Shown here piece after piece: positions 18,275 to 27,374 of a DNA stretch of 32,627 nucleotides (within the stretch, counting starts at the first letter, position 1; each line of letters begins with the position of its first letter). Location: sequence record SRR20825006_2217, one strand, 5' to 3'. The notes under the pieces are model-generated. The model was not told the origin of the DNA, searched no databases, and was given only the letters and a program-made list of their open reading frames with translations. Made by a program: the position numbers and the translations under genes.

Positions 18275-19894
18275 TCACATGCGACCGACGCCGAAGGTGT
18301 TCGGGTGGAGGCCGCGGCGCTGCCCCTCGCGGCAGATCGAGAGCGTCGCGGCCAACACCTTTCGCGTATCGCGAGGATCGATCAGGCCATCGTCCCAGAG
18401 CCTCGCGGTCGCATACAACGCGCGCGACTCGTCGTTGATCTTGTCGATGATGAAGTCCTTCATCCCCTTCAGGAAATCGGCGTCGGGCTCCTGCCCGAAG
18501 CGCGCCATCTTCTGGCGCGTGACGATCTCCATCACGGTCGCCGCCTGCTCGCCGCCCATCACCGCGATCCGGTTGTTTGGCCAGGCGAAGATGAAGTTCG
18601 GATCGTAGGAGCGTCCGCACATGCCGTAATTGCCTGCGCCAAAGCTCGCGCCGATATGGAGCGTGATCTTTGGCACGGTGGTATTCGCCACGGCCTGGAT
18701 CATCTTGGCGCCATGTTTGACGATGCCGCCCTGTTCCATCTCCTTGCCGACGAGGTAACCCGTGGTGTTCTGGAGGAAGATGAGCGGCGTATTCGACTGC
18801 GTGCAGAGCTGGATAAACTGCGCGGTCTTCGCGGCGCCGTCCGCGTCGATCGGCCCATTGTTTCCAATGATACCGCAGGCGTAACCCTCGATGTGTGCGT
18901 GACCGCAGACGGTGTGTTCGCCGTAGAGCTCCTTGAAGGCGAGGAACCGCGAACCATCCACGATCCTGGCGATGACTTCGCGCACATCGAAGGGCTTGCG
19001 GTAGTCGGTGGGGACCACACCACAGAGCTCGTCTGGCGAGTAGAGTGGCTCGTCGAAGGTGCGCGCTGGCTTGTGCGCGAGATCGTCGTTCCAGCCGAGG
19101 TTGCCGATGACCTCGCGCGCGATGCGAATCGCGTCGGCGTCATTCTCGGCCATGTACTCGCTCACGCCCGACACGGTCGTGTGCATCTGCGCGCCGCCAA
19201 GCTCCTCGTCCGTGGCGACCTCGCCGGTGGCTGCCATCAGCAGCGGCGGCCCCGCGAGGAAGACCTTGGCGCGCTCCTTGACCATGATCACGTAATCGGA
19301 GAGTCCCGGAATGTAGGCGCCGCCAGCGGTCGAGGAGCCGTGCACCACGGTGATCTGCGGGAGCCCCATCGCCGAGAGCCGCGATTGGTTGTAGAAGGAC
19401 TTCCCGCCATCGACAAAGATCTCGGATTGATAATTGAGGTTGGCGCCACCGGACTCGATGAGGTTGACGCAAGGGAGCTTGTTCTTCATCGCGATCTCTT
19501 GACCGCGAAGGCTCTTCTTTAACCCCATGGGCGCGATGGTGCCCCCTTTGATGGCCGAATCCGAAGCATTCACCATACAACGCACGCCTTCGACGTAGCC
19601 GATGCCGATGATGCCACCGCCGCCCATGACGGTGTCCTTGCCATCATCGTCGTGCATGGCGAGGCCAGCGAGCGTCGAGATCTCGAGCCACGGAGAGCCA
19701 TCGTCGAGCAGCGCCGAAATGCGCTCCCTTGGCAGGAGCTGATCGCGCTTTCGAAACTTCTTCTTCTTGCTCGAAGAGAGGTCGCGCACGCGCTGCTCGA
19801 GTGCGCGGAACTCGTTCACCAACGCGAGCATCTCCTCGCGCTGCTGCTGGAACTCATCACTGTTGGTCCGGACTTTCGATTCGATGGCAGGCAT
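18275..19894 (-). CDS. Acyl-CoA carboxylase beta (carboxyltransferase) subunit, AtuC/MccB-like
   Basis: Motifs LLPRERI..LLD.GSP, ESGGANL, GSSTAGGAY, EELGGA.MH, SFGAGNYGMCGR and WDDGLIDPRDTR. Confidence 0.93.
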   Translation of the reverse strand: MPAIESKVRTNSDEFQQQREEMLALVNEFRALEQRVRDLSSSKKKKFRKRDQLLPRERISALLDDGSPWLEISTLAGLAMHDDDGKDTVMGGGGIIGIGYVEGVRCMVNASDSAIKGGTIAPMGLKKSLRGQEIAMKNKLPCVNLIESGGANLNYQSEIFVDGGKSFYNQSRLSAMGLPQITVVHGSSTAGGAYIPGLSDYVIMVKERAKVFLAGPPLLMAATGEVATDEELGGAQMHTTVSGVSEYMAENDADAIRIAREVIGNLGWNDDLAHKPARTFDEPLYSPDELCGVVPTDYRKPFDVREVIARIVDGSRFLAFKELYGEHTVCGHAHIEGYACGIIGNNGPIDADGAAKTAQFIQLCTQSNTPLIFLQNTTGYLVGKEMEQGGIVKHGAKMIQAVANTTVPKITLHIGASFGAGNYGMCGRSYDPNFIFAWPNNRIAVMGGEQAATVMEIVTRQKMARFGQEPDADFLKGMKDFIIDKINDESRALYATARLWDDGLIDPRDTRKVLAATLSICREGQRRGLHPNTFGVGRM

Positions 19895-19975
19895 ACGATC
19901 TCACATCGGCGCTGGAGTGGCGAAACAAGCTGCAAGTGCCATGTTTTTCGCCCATCTTGCCATCACTCGCAACCA

Positions 19976-19993
19976 AAAATTAGTGTTCACTCA
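19976..19993. promoter_or_regulatory. Candidate TetR-family operator upstream of the carboxylase genes
   Basis: AAAATTAGTGTTCACTCA is 13/18 identical to the palindrome upstream of tesB and forms an AT-rich island in GC-rich DNA. Confidence 0.45.
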
Positions 19994-20141
19994 CTTAGCA
20001 CGCTCACGCACAGCGCGCGGACGTGAGGCCCACGGGAGGCGTAAAAACCTCGAATAGGAACGCGCTTGCTGCTGTTGATTCCGATGTGAACCGCTTATAC
20101 TGACATAAACACGCTCATATAAAACCACTGGAGCCCCCAGC

Positions 20142-20816
20142 ATGTCGAAGAAGCCCGATTTCGATGAGAAGAACCCGATCTTGACGCGACGCCAGTTTGG
20201 CGTGGCGAGCGTCACAGCGGGGTTGGGGCTGTTGCTCGGCACCAACAGCCTCTTCGCGCAGGAACAACAACAGCAAAAAATCACGGCGCCGCCGGACTTC
20301 GCGCCCGAGCCACGCCGAATCATCGACAGCGGCCCGATGCTCGAGCCATTGCCCGAGGCGCTCCTGACCTTGGTGATGACGCTCGATGTCTCCGACAAGC
20401 GCCTGCGTATGAACATCTTCGCGCTCAACGAGAGCGAGCAGGATTACATCCTCGACCATACGAGCAATGGCGTCGCGCGCCACGTCGCCGCGGCCAAGCT
20501 CTCCATCAAGAACAAGACCTTCGAACTCAGAGGTTATCCCGAGGGATGGGAGCGCGCGCACATGAGCCGCTCGATCCGTCCAGGGTTCCAGACCATCGCG
20601 GCGGCCAAGAAGGGGCAGCCGACGAAGTTCCACCTCGGGGAGTTCGACGCCGAGTGGAGCAAGGAGTTGGTCGAGCAGGCCAAGAAGCTCTCTGGCAAGG
20701 AGGCCAAGCTCGAAGTCGAGATGAACCTGCGCGTGGTCAACGCCAAGAAGACCACCGTCAAGCCGCCCGAAGTCACCACCATCAAGTTCCCAGAAAAGAT
20801 GGTCCTCCCCGGCTGA
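20142..20816 (+). CDS. Tat-exported hypothetical protein
   Basis: GGAG RBS and twin-arginine motif LTRRQFG followed by a hydrophobic segment and LFA/QE. Confidence 0.75.
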   Translation: MSKKPDFDEKNPILTRRQFGVASVTAGLGLLLGTNSLFAQEQQQQKITAPPDFAPEPRRIIDSGPMLEPLPEALLTLVMTLDVSDKRLRMNIFALNESEQDYILDHTSNGVARHVAAAKLSIKNKTFELRGYPEGWERAHMSRSIRPGFQTIAAAKKGQPTKFHLGEFDAEWSKELVEQAKKLSGKEAKLEVEMNLRVVNAKKTTVKPPEVTTIKFPEKMVLPG

Positions 20817-20835
20817 TTGCCCTCGGCGAGAACCG

Positions 20836-21957
20836 ATGCCTCCAGATAACACTCATAACCGCGAGGAGAGGTTCGTGGACGAACCTCTCCTCGCGCGCGC
20901 TGATGCGCGAACGCTTATCGATCACGTGGTCGGAGAGGCGCTCTTGCACGTGCTCGATGCCGATGGGAGACCGCTCGGAGAGCAAGCCTCTCGCAGCGCC
21001 TATATCGCCGCAGGCGTCGAGGAGCGCCCCTGCCCCTTCCAGGATAACCGCGCGCGCTCGGGACATCCGATCAACATGGCGGCGCTGCGTCAGGTGTCGC
21101 GCGAGTGGGACAACATCCAGGAGCACATCGGAAGCTTGACCGCCGCGACCTCACAACACGAGCGCCTCACGGGCTTCGAGATCACGCGCGTCAACGCGGC
21201 GATGCAGTTCGCGCCGTTTGTCTGGCTGCTCCAGGAGAGCGGCCCCATCCCTGGCCCGATCGCCTCGGCCTTCAAGCTATCAGTAGGCTTTATCCGCACG
21301 CTCCCGCTGATCACCATCGCGATGGAGGGCATCTCGGAGACGCCGATGCTCGACGTGCTCTCGCCGCCGGAGTTCTTCGAGCTGCTCGATGCGCACGAGT
21401 GGCTCACGGGTCAGACTCAGGTCTGCGCTGGCTCCAGGAGGTCGATCCAGCGCATCTACGAGGCGATGGCCACGCGCGGCACTCCCAGCGATCCCCCCTC
21501 GCCCATCGCGGAGCTCGCGGTTCGAGTCGCGCCAGCATGCCGGGATCTCGACATGCTCCTGAGCGCGCTGATATGCGCCGCTCGCGGTTGCATCGACGGC
21601 GGCGCATGGGAATCACTGCCTGGCTATGGCGAACGTCGCCGAGACATCCCCTTTGCCGATTGGCCGATTGTCGCGTGGTTGCTTGCCGTGGGTTCGGCGC
21701 GAAGCATCGAGCTCGTCCTCTCCACCCCGTTGCTTCGCGTGGAGCACCTCCAGCGAGCTTTCCCACATGATGCACGACCCGCCTGGCTCGAGCGCATCCT
21801 CGAAGAAGACCTCACGCCCGACCTCGATGGCCTGAGACGTCTCGACGCGCTCCTCTTAGAGCTCGCCCTCCCACTCGTCGGCGATATCCTCGAAAAAGTT
21901 GGCGCCGAGGCTCCCGATCGCCTGTCGCGCGAGGACTTCGAGCCGCTCTGCCTCTGA
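20836..21957 (+). CDS. Hypothetical protein
   Basis: 373-aa ORF 19 bp after the Tat protein gene, with host-like codon usage. No family recognised. Confidence 0.7.
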   Translation: MPPDNTHNREERFVDEPLLARADARTLIDHVVGEALLHVLDADGRPLGEQASRSAYIAAGVEERPCPFQDNRARSGHPINMAALRQVSREWDNIQEHIGSLTAATSQHERLTGFEITRVNAAMQFAPFVWLLQESGPIPGPIASAFKLSVGFIRTLPLITIAMEGISETPMLDVLSPPEFFELLDAHEWLTGQTQVCAGSRRSIQRIYEAMATRGTPSDPPSPIAELAVRVAPACRDLDMLLSALICAARGCIDGGAWESLPGYGERRRDIPFADWPIVAWLLAVGSARSIELVLSTPLLRVEHLQRAFPHDARPAWLERILEEDLTPDLDGLRRLDALLLELALPLVGDILEKVGAEAPDRLSREDFEPLCL

Positions 21958-21970
21958 GCATCACCCCGAA

Positions 21971-21992
21971 AATAAATGAGCGCTCATTCATT
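21971..21992. promoter_or_regulatory. Palindromic operator (TetR/FadR-like) upstream of tesB
   Basis: AATAAATGAGCGCTCATTCATT is a 22-bp inverted repeat with one mismatched pair and a perfect core AATGAGCGCTCATT. Confidence 0.65.
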
Positions 21993-22107
21993 CTTCTGCT
22001 TGCAAATCGAGCAGCGGCGTGCAACTTCGCATCGCCCCCTCGCGCCGACCGGCGACAGACCGACACTCGAAAAGGGGGAAAGCAACACCCGCACGAGAGG
22101 ATCGAAG

Positions 22108-22965
22108 ATGGATGTATTGGAAGAGCTGATCCAGCAGCTCGCGCTCGAGCAGTTGGAAGTCAACCTGTTCCGCGGCCAGAGCCAGGATCTGGGCTGGGGC
22201 ACGGTCTTTGGAGGACAGGTTTTGGGGCAGGCGCTCTCTGCAGCGGTGCAGACCGTGCAAGAAGACCGCTTCGTGCATTCGCTGCACGGCTATTTCTTGC
22301 GCCCCGGCGACGTCAACCAACCGATCATCTACGAGGTCGACCGCATCCGTGATGGCAAGAGCTTCGCGACTCGCCGGGTAGTCGCCATCCAAAAGGGCCG
22401 CGCCATCTTCAATATGGCGGCATCCTTCCAGGTCGAGGAAGAGGGCTTCTCTCACCAGGACGAGATGCCAGAGGTGCCTGGCCCCGAAGGGCTCAAGTCG
22501 GAGCAAGAGCTCGCCGAGCTCGTCAAGGACCTCATCCCCGAGTCGATGCGCGAGCGAGCGTTGGCAGACAGGCCGATCGAGCTCCGCCCGGTTCGCCCCA
22601 CGAACCCACTCAAGCCTCGCGTCTCGGACCCGAGCCACGCGGTATGGTATCGCTCGCTGCGCGAGCTCCCCGATGACCCATCGCTCCACCGTTATCTGCT
22701 GGCCTATGGCTCGGACTTCCACTTCCTGACGACCGCGCTCAAGCCGCACGGGTTGAGCTGGCTGTCTCCGGGGATGCAGATGGCGAGCCTCGATCACGCG
22801 ATGTGGTTCCATCGCCCCTTCCGCATGGACGAGTGGTTGCTCCACGTCGTGGAGAGTCCGACGAGCTCTGGTGCCAGGGGTCTCGTGCGAGGCCGCTTCT
22901 TCACGCGTGATGGCAAGCTCGTCGCGACGACCGCGCAGGAAGGCCTGATGCGAAAGCACGGCTGA
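22108..22965 (+). CDS. tesB: Acyl-CoA thioesterase II
   Basis: Motifs VFGGQVLGQAL, HSLHGYFLRPGD, RDGKSFATRRV, ASLDHAMWFH and QEGLMR. GAGGA RBS before ATG 22108. Confidence 0.96.
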   Translation: MDVLEELIQQLALEQLEVNLFRGQSQDLGWGTVFGGQVLGQALSAAVQTVQEDRFVHSLHGYFLRPGDVNQPIIYEVDRIRDGKSFATRRVVAIQKGRAIFNMAASFQVEEEGFSHQDEMPEVPGPEGLKSEQELAELVKDLIPESMRERALADRPIELRPVRPTNPLKPRVSDPSHAVWYRSLRELPDDPSLHRYLLAYGSDFHFLTTALKPHGLSWLSPGMQMASLDHAMWFHRPFRMDEWLLHVVESPTSSGARGLVRGRFFTRDGKLVATTAQEGLMRKHG

Positions 22966-23011
22966 ACGCTCTCGAATAGAGCGCCAAGGTTCTCCCCAAA
23001 TGCATCACGGC

Positions 23012-23045
23012 GCCCCGTCCGCTCCTCTCTCAGAGGGGGCGGGGC
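23012..23045 (+). terminator. GC-rich hairpin downstream of tesB (possible terminator or stabiliser)
   Basis: GCCCCGTCC..CCTCT-CTC-AGAGG-GGGCGGGGC. There is no U-tract. Confidence 0.3.
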
Positions 23046-23275
23046 CAGCAGAACAACTCCGACCACGCTTCGATAACCAAAGCACCAGCGCTCCCCTTCT
23101 TTGCTGGCTCTGCTTTCCCCCATGGCACCTCGACAAGGCCACATGCTCGCGTGCTCTTCGCGCCATGGACAAGTGCATTCTGTCACCGCGAGGCAGCACC
23201 TCGATGACATCGCCCGCTCGCCACATCCTCGCCACATGAAACGATGTCGCGCGACGCCAAAAACCAAAAACACTA

Positions 23276-23305
23276 TTGAAATATCACAACCCTGCAAAAT
23301 AAAAT
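23276..23305 (+). promoter_or_regulatory. Putative sigma70 promoter of the AraC gene
   Basis: TTGAAA (23276-23281), 18-bp spacer, TAAAAT (23300-23305), within an A-rich tract. Confidence 0.4.
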
Positions 23306-23355
23306 AAAAACCCCAAACAGGGAAAACCAGGCACACAAGAAAAAACAACAAAAAC

Positions 23356-24258
23356 ATGCATCAAATAACGAGACTCTTAACATCCTTCAAAAGCAGCCTG
23401 GAAGACAACCGGGATGCCGGATTGGCTCAAACAAAAGTCCCAGGCGTGACATTCTTTTGGGATGAAAAATCGAGCGAGCGCTCGCCATTACTTTATGACA
23501 CGGGTTTGGTCATCGTCGGACAGGGCACAAAGGTTGGATACTTTGGCAAGCATCGCTTTGTATCCGACACAGATGCATGCCTGGTCCTCGGAGTCCCCGT
23601 ACCATTTGAATGTGAAGCGTTCGGGACCCAGGACGAACCGCTTCTTGGCATCCGCATCGACCTCGATCTCGTCGTGCTCAACCGGCTCGTGTTAAGGTGC
23701 AAGGATAGGCTCGAGTTGGAAAAGAGCGGCACCCACTTTGGTGTTGGCAACGTCCCCGTTCAGGGACAACTAAAAGCCGCCATCACGAGGCTTCTCGAGT
23801 TTTTGCCCAACTCCATGGACGCAGAAATCCTCGGCGAGAGCGCGGTGGATGAGGTGATCTACAGGGTATTGCAAAGCGACGCGGGTCAGCTCCTCTACTC
23901 GCTGACACAGCATCACACGACTCACGTCAAGATCGCCCAATCACTCGAGCGGATTCACGCAGGATATCACGAGGCGATCAACATCGAAGAACTGGCACGT
24001 AGCTGCTCGATGAGCACCTCCTCCTTCTACAGGGCGTTCAAGGAAGTCACCGGCGAAACACCGCTCCAGTACCTGAAGAAGGTACGGCTCATCCAGGCCA
24101 AGAGCATGCTCGTGTTCGATGGAATGGGGGTCGAGGAGGTCGCCTACGAGGTTGGCTATTCGAGCGCGTCGCAGTTCAGCCGCGAGTTCAAACGCTATTT
24201 TAATGTCCCCCCTTCCGAGGCGGAGTCACTCCCCTACAACAGCACCTTCCTCGATTAG
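23356..24258 (+). CDS. AraC family transcriptional regulator (YqhC-type N-terminal domain)
   Basis: N-domain IVGQGTK. HTH region MSTSSFYRAFKEVTGETPLQYLKKVRL and VAYEVGYSSASQFSREFKRYF. Confidence 0.93.
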   Translation: MHQITRLLTSFKSSLEDNRDAGLAQTKVPGVTFFWDEKSSERSPLLYDTGLVIVGQGTKVGYFGKHRFVSDTDACLVLGVPVPFECEAFGTQDEPLLGIRIDLDLVVLNRLVLRCKDRLELEKSGTHFGVGNVPVQGQLKAAITRLLEFLPNSMDAEILGESAVDEVIYRVLQSDAGQLLYSLTQHHTTHVKIAQSLERIHAGYHEAINIEELARSCSMSTSSFYRAFKEVTGETPLQYLKKVRLIQAKSMLVFDGMGVEEVAYEVGYSSASQFSREFKRYFNVPPSEAESLPYNSTFLD

Positions 24259-24834
24259 TGCGCTGCTCCTTTGGAACGCATGCCAACCTATCTACGCTCG
24301 AAGAGCACTCATACTTCCCACACGTTAACTGTCTAACAGCTTTAATTTTCGCCTTATTACAAACAACACCTAAATCATCTCCTCGAGCGGAGCATATAGC
24401 ACCACCGAGAAGACCTGGAAGGTTCGAGTCTCTTTTTATATTTTAACGTGAATTCTTAATATCCAGCCGGGTGTTTATCTGAGCAAAAACACCGCCCATC
24501 ATGCTCGATAACATATCGAAAACAACCCCCGACGCCCACCTGTTTACCTCGGCATCTTTTGTGAGGTTGTCTTTTGCCGAGTGATATTATGACGTCGTGA
24601 CATCTATAAATCCTTTCATCTTTGCCCACGACTCTATCAGCGCTGGCCCGGACCAGATCATGCTCGACATTCGATCTGGCCCGGGCTGGAACAGGTTGCG
24701 CTCACGCCCGACGACACCATCCGGCAAACGGTATGGTCACTCGAGGGCCAAAGCAGCCATGTGCTCGAGGACGCGCGGGGCACACCTCGAGGGGCACTGG
24801 CCGCCTCTCGTCGGTCATGGCAGGCAAGCTTGCA

Positions 24835-25203
24835 TCAAAGGACCAACTGGTCCTCGGCTTGGCTCAACTTGAAGCGAGCCATCGCGAGGTTGGACCTCTT
24901 CCGATCGAGGATGAGGTAGATAAAGACGTTGGGGTTCCTCTCGAGGACTCGGATCAGGTGGTACTGATCATCCAACGTGACGAGGATGTCCTCGATCCTT
25001 CCATCGATCTTGAGGGCTCGCATCGCCCGCAGCTTGGCCTTGATCACATCAGCGTTTGCAGCGACAGCGAGCTCAGGGTCGATGTCATCATTGCCACCCA
25101 ACGTTCCCATCGCCATGCCGCTCTCCGCGTGGCCCACTGCCACCGCGATGAATCCTTCAACCTCGTGAAGCCCGGCCAACACTTCCTTGACATTCTGAGC
25201 CAT
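24835..25203 (-). CDS. Roadblock/LC7-like small protein
   Basis: 122 aa with ESGMAMG, ELAVAANADVIKAK, IEDILVTLDDQYHLIR and LILDRKRSNLAMAR. GGAG RBS. Confidence 0.8.
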   Translation of the reverse strand: MAQNVKEVLAGLHEVEGFIAVAVGHAESGMAMGTLGGNDDIDPELAVAANADVIKAKLRAMRALKIDGRIEDILVTLDDQYHLIRVLERNPNVFIYLILDRKRSNLAMARFKLSQAEDQLVL

Positions 25204-25755
25204 TTCTTCATCTCCGTTGTTCGTTTCGTCCCTTGGCGGACTTCGCGACGATGCGAAGTCCGGGATACATCAACGATCAAAACCACCTCTGTTCATCAGC
25301 AAAGATGATCTGATCACTCGGGAGCGGAGTCTGTTAGGTGGAACGCTGGCTCGCTACATGCGAGTCAGGCAGAAGTAACCAGACCCCGCCTATGTGAACA
25401 TGGTGATGTCATGGCCGGCAGTAGCGAATGCATGATCCTCCCAATCACATGACAGATTCTACCACCACTGAAATTTTCCGCCCTCTCGGACGCCAAAGCG
25501 GCAAAATCGAGCCCAAGAAAACTAGCTCTCCCCATGCAATGGAGCCATGTAGCGCTTAAAGACATCTACTCCAAGGGGATGATCTTCACCCCAAATCTCC
25601 AGAATTGGACGCGTTGAACTCGAACGCCACACATCGAGCAGGAATAGGCAAGCATGTGACCTGATCTGCCATGGGCGACCTGCTCGCCGAACATAGCTTC
25701 GTCATTGCCTGACGGCTAAAGACACAACCCCAAGTACTTTTTTGGAGACAAGGAC

Positions 25756-26502
25756 ATGAGCGAAAACATCAAGGACAAGGTCGTGATCATCGCTGGCGCG
25801 AGCAGTGGGATCGGCGCGGCGACCACACGGCGTCTGGCGAAGGCAGGAGCAAAACTCATCATCGGAGCGCGACGCGAAGGCCGCCTCGAGGAGTTGGCAA
25901 AATCACTCCCCGAGGCCGATATCACCTACGCCGCGGCGGACGTGACAAACCCGGAGGACATGGAGCAACTGGCAAGGCTCGCCATCGACAAACACGGCCG
26001 CATCGACACCCTGTTTAACAACGCAGGCATCATGCCCACGGGCTCCCTGCGCGAACTTCGCCGCGAGGAGTGGAGAGATATGCTCGAGGTGAACATCCTC
26101 GGCGTCCTCAATGGCATCGCAGCCGTGCTCCCGACGATGGTGTCACAGAAGTCTGGACACATCATCACCACCGACTCGGTCGCAGGCCACGTCGTCTATC
26201 CTGGCTCGGCGGTCTACTGCGGCACCAAGTTCGCCGTGCGCGCCATCATGGAGGGGCTGCGGCAGGAAGAGCGCGAGAACAACATCCGCTCCACCATCAT
26301 CTCGCCAGGTTTGGTCAACACAGAGCTCTTCAAGACCATAGGCGACTCCGAGACCGCCAACGCGATCAAGCAAGCGTCGCAGATTCCCGGCATCGGCCTG
26401 ACCCCGGATGATGTCGCCAACGCGGTCGCCTATGCCGTCGGGACGCCTGCGACCGTCGCGATCAGCGAGGTCATCATCAGGCCGACCAATCAGGAGATCT
26501 GA
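25756..26502 (+). CDS. SDR family oxidoreductase (classical, likely NADP-dependent)
   Basis: Motifs AGASSGIG, GARR, NNAG and the catalytic YCGTK. AGGA RBS. Confidence 0.93.
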   Translation: MSENIKDKVVIIAGASSGIGAATTRRLAKAGAKLIIGARREGRLEELAKSLPEADITYAAADVTNPEDMEQLARLAIDKHGRIDTLFNNAGIMPTGSLRELRREEWRDMLEVNILGVLNGIAAVLPTMVSQKSGHIITTDSVAGHVVYPGSAVYCGTKFAVRAIMEGLRQEERENNIRSTIISPGLVNTELFKTIGDSETANAIKQASQIPGIGLTPDDVANAVAYAVGTPATVAISEVIIRPTNQEI

Positions 26503-26561
26503 ACGTCCTCCTGGCAAGATAACCGGGCACTGATGTCCCCCACCGCGCGACAGGTATTCTC

Positions 26562-27161
26562 ATGCGAGCACATCGATCGACCCCACGAGGCGCACGAACG
26601 CTCGGTGTGCTCGCCGCCACGAACATGCTTTGGGCCGCAGCGCCTGTCGGATGCCATCGCACCGATCAGGCCCACACGGCGACGACCGTGGCCACGACAA
26701 TCATCGAAGCGCCGTCGTCGCGGCATCCCGAAATACAACCCGAAACCGAGCGAGCGACCACGGAGAGCGCTCGCGAAGCTACGGCGGAGAGCGAAGAGAT
26801 GAAGATCCTTATCCTTGTTGATGGCGAGCAGCTTGGCGCGACGTTGGAGGATAACCCGACGGCACGAGCATTCGCAGAGATGCTCCCGCTGGAGTTCGAA
26901 CTCAGCGACTACGCCTCGACCGAAAAAATCAGCCACCTCGACGCAAAGCTCACGACACGAGACGCTCCCGAAGGACTGGACCCCACCATAGGTGATATCA
27001 CCTACTACGCTCCGTGGGGGAACATGGCGATCTTCTATCGTGATTTTGGCTACGCTCGCGGCCTCGTCAAAATCGGACACATCGATTCGGGGATCGAGAA
27101 GCTCGGACAGAAAAAGACAGACTTCACGGTGCGCTTCGAGCGAGCATCCACCTCCGAATAG
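26562..27161 (+). CDS. Cyclophilin-like fold protein with N-terminal extension (possible lipoprotein)
   Basis: Motifs ATLEDNPTARAFAEMLPL, EK and GDITYYAPWGNMAIFY. N-terminal LGVLAATNMLWAAAPVG-C, with an alternative start at 26799. Confidence 0.8.
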   Translation: MRAHRSTPRGARTLGVLAATNMLWAAAPVGCHRTDQAHTATTVATTIIEAPSSRHPEIQPETERATTESAREATAESEEMKILILVDGEQLGATLEDNPTARAFAEMLPLEFELSDYASTEKISHLDAKLTTRDAPEGLDPTIGDITYYAPWGNMAIFYRDFGYARGLVKIGHIDSGIEKLGQKKTDFTVRFERASTSE

Positions 27162-27182
27162 CCAGGAATAGACAATATCCCC

Positions 27183-27243
27183 TCAGGAGAACGAAGGCCG
27201 GGCAGGCGCGTTGCACGCACCTGCCTGGCCTTCGTTCTCCTGA
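27183..27243. repeat. Long intergenic inverted repeat (28-bp arms)
   Basis: TCAGGAGAACGAAGGCCGGGCAGGCGCG-TTGCA-CGCACCTGCCTGGCCTTCGTTCTCCTGA, with 26/28 Watson-Crick pairs. Confidence 0.85.
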
Positions 27244-27304
27244 AAGACCTGACCACCGACGCCTCACGTCCCCAGGAGAAGATGGATGAGGATAAGTCAG
27301 TGGC

Positions 27305-27348
27305 ACAACAATGTTGTCATTGACAACAGTTGTCGATAACAACATCAT
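27305..27348 (+). promoter_or_regulatory. MarR operator array overlapping a sigma70 promoter
   Basis: Perfect IR TGTTGTCA-T-TGACAACA (27312-27328) and a second imperfect site GTTGTCGATAACAAC (27329-27343). TTGACA at 27320-27325, 17-bp spacer, CATCAT at 27343-27348. Confidence 0.75.
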
Positions 27349-27374
27349 CTCCCCGACGACAGCGAGGATTTGTC

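Noticed and set aside
19915-19945. TGGC/TGCA words suggesting a sigma54 promoter
   Set aside because: The GG-N10-GC spacing is not met on either strand.
23118-23250. Short recurring words (GCCACAT x3, GCACCTCGA x2) downstream of tesB
   Set aside because: They are too short and irregularly spaced for a CRISPR array or iterons.
24415-24440. GGTTCGAGTC resembling a tRNA T-loop (possible att remnant)
   Set aside because: The T-stem pairs poorly, and there is no acceptor stem, anticodon arm or CCA.
24722-24760. GGCAAAC...GGCCAAAGC resembling a c-di-GMP-I riboswitch
   Set aside because: It has no GNRA-capped stem between the motifs and no downstream gene on that strand.
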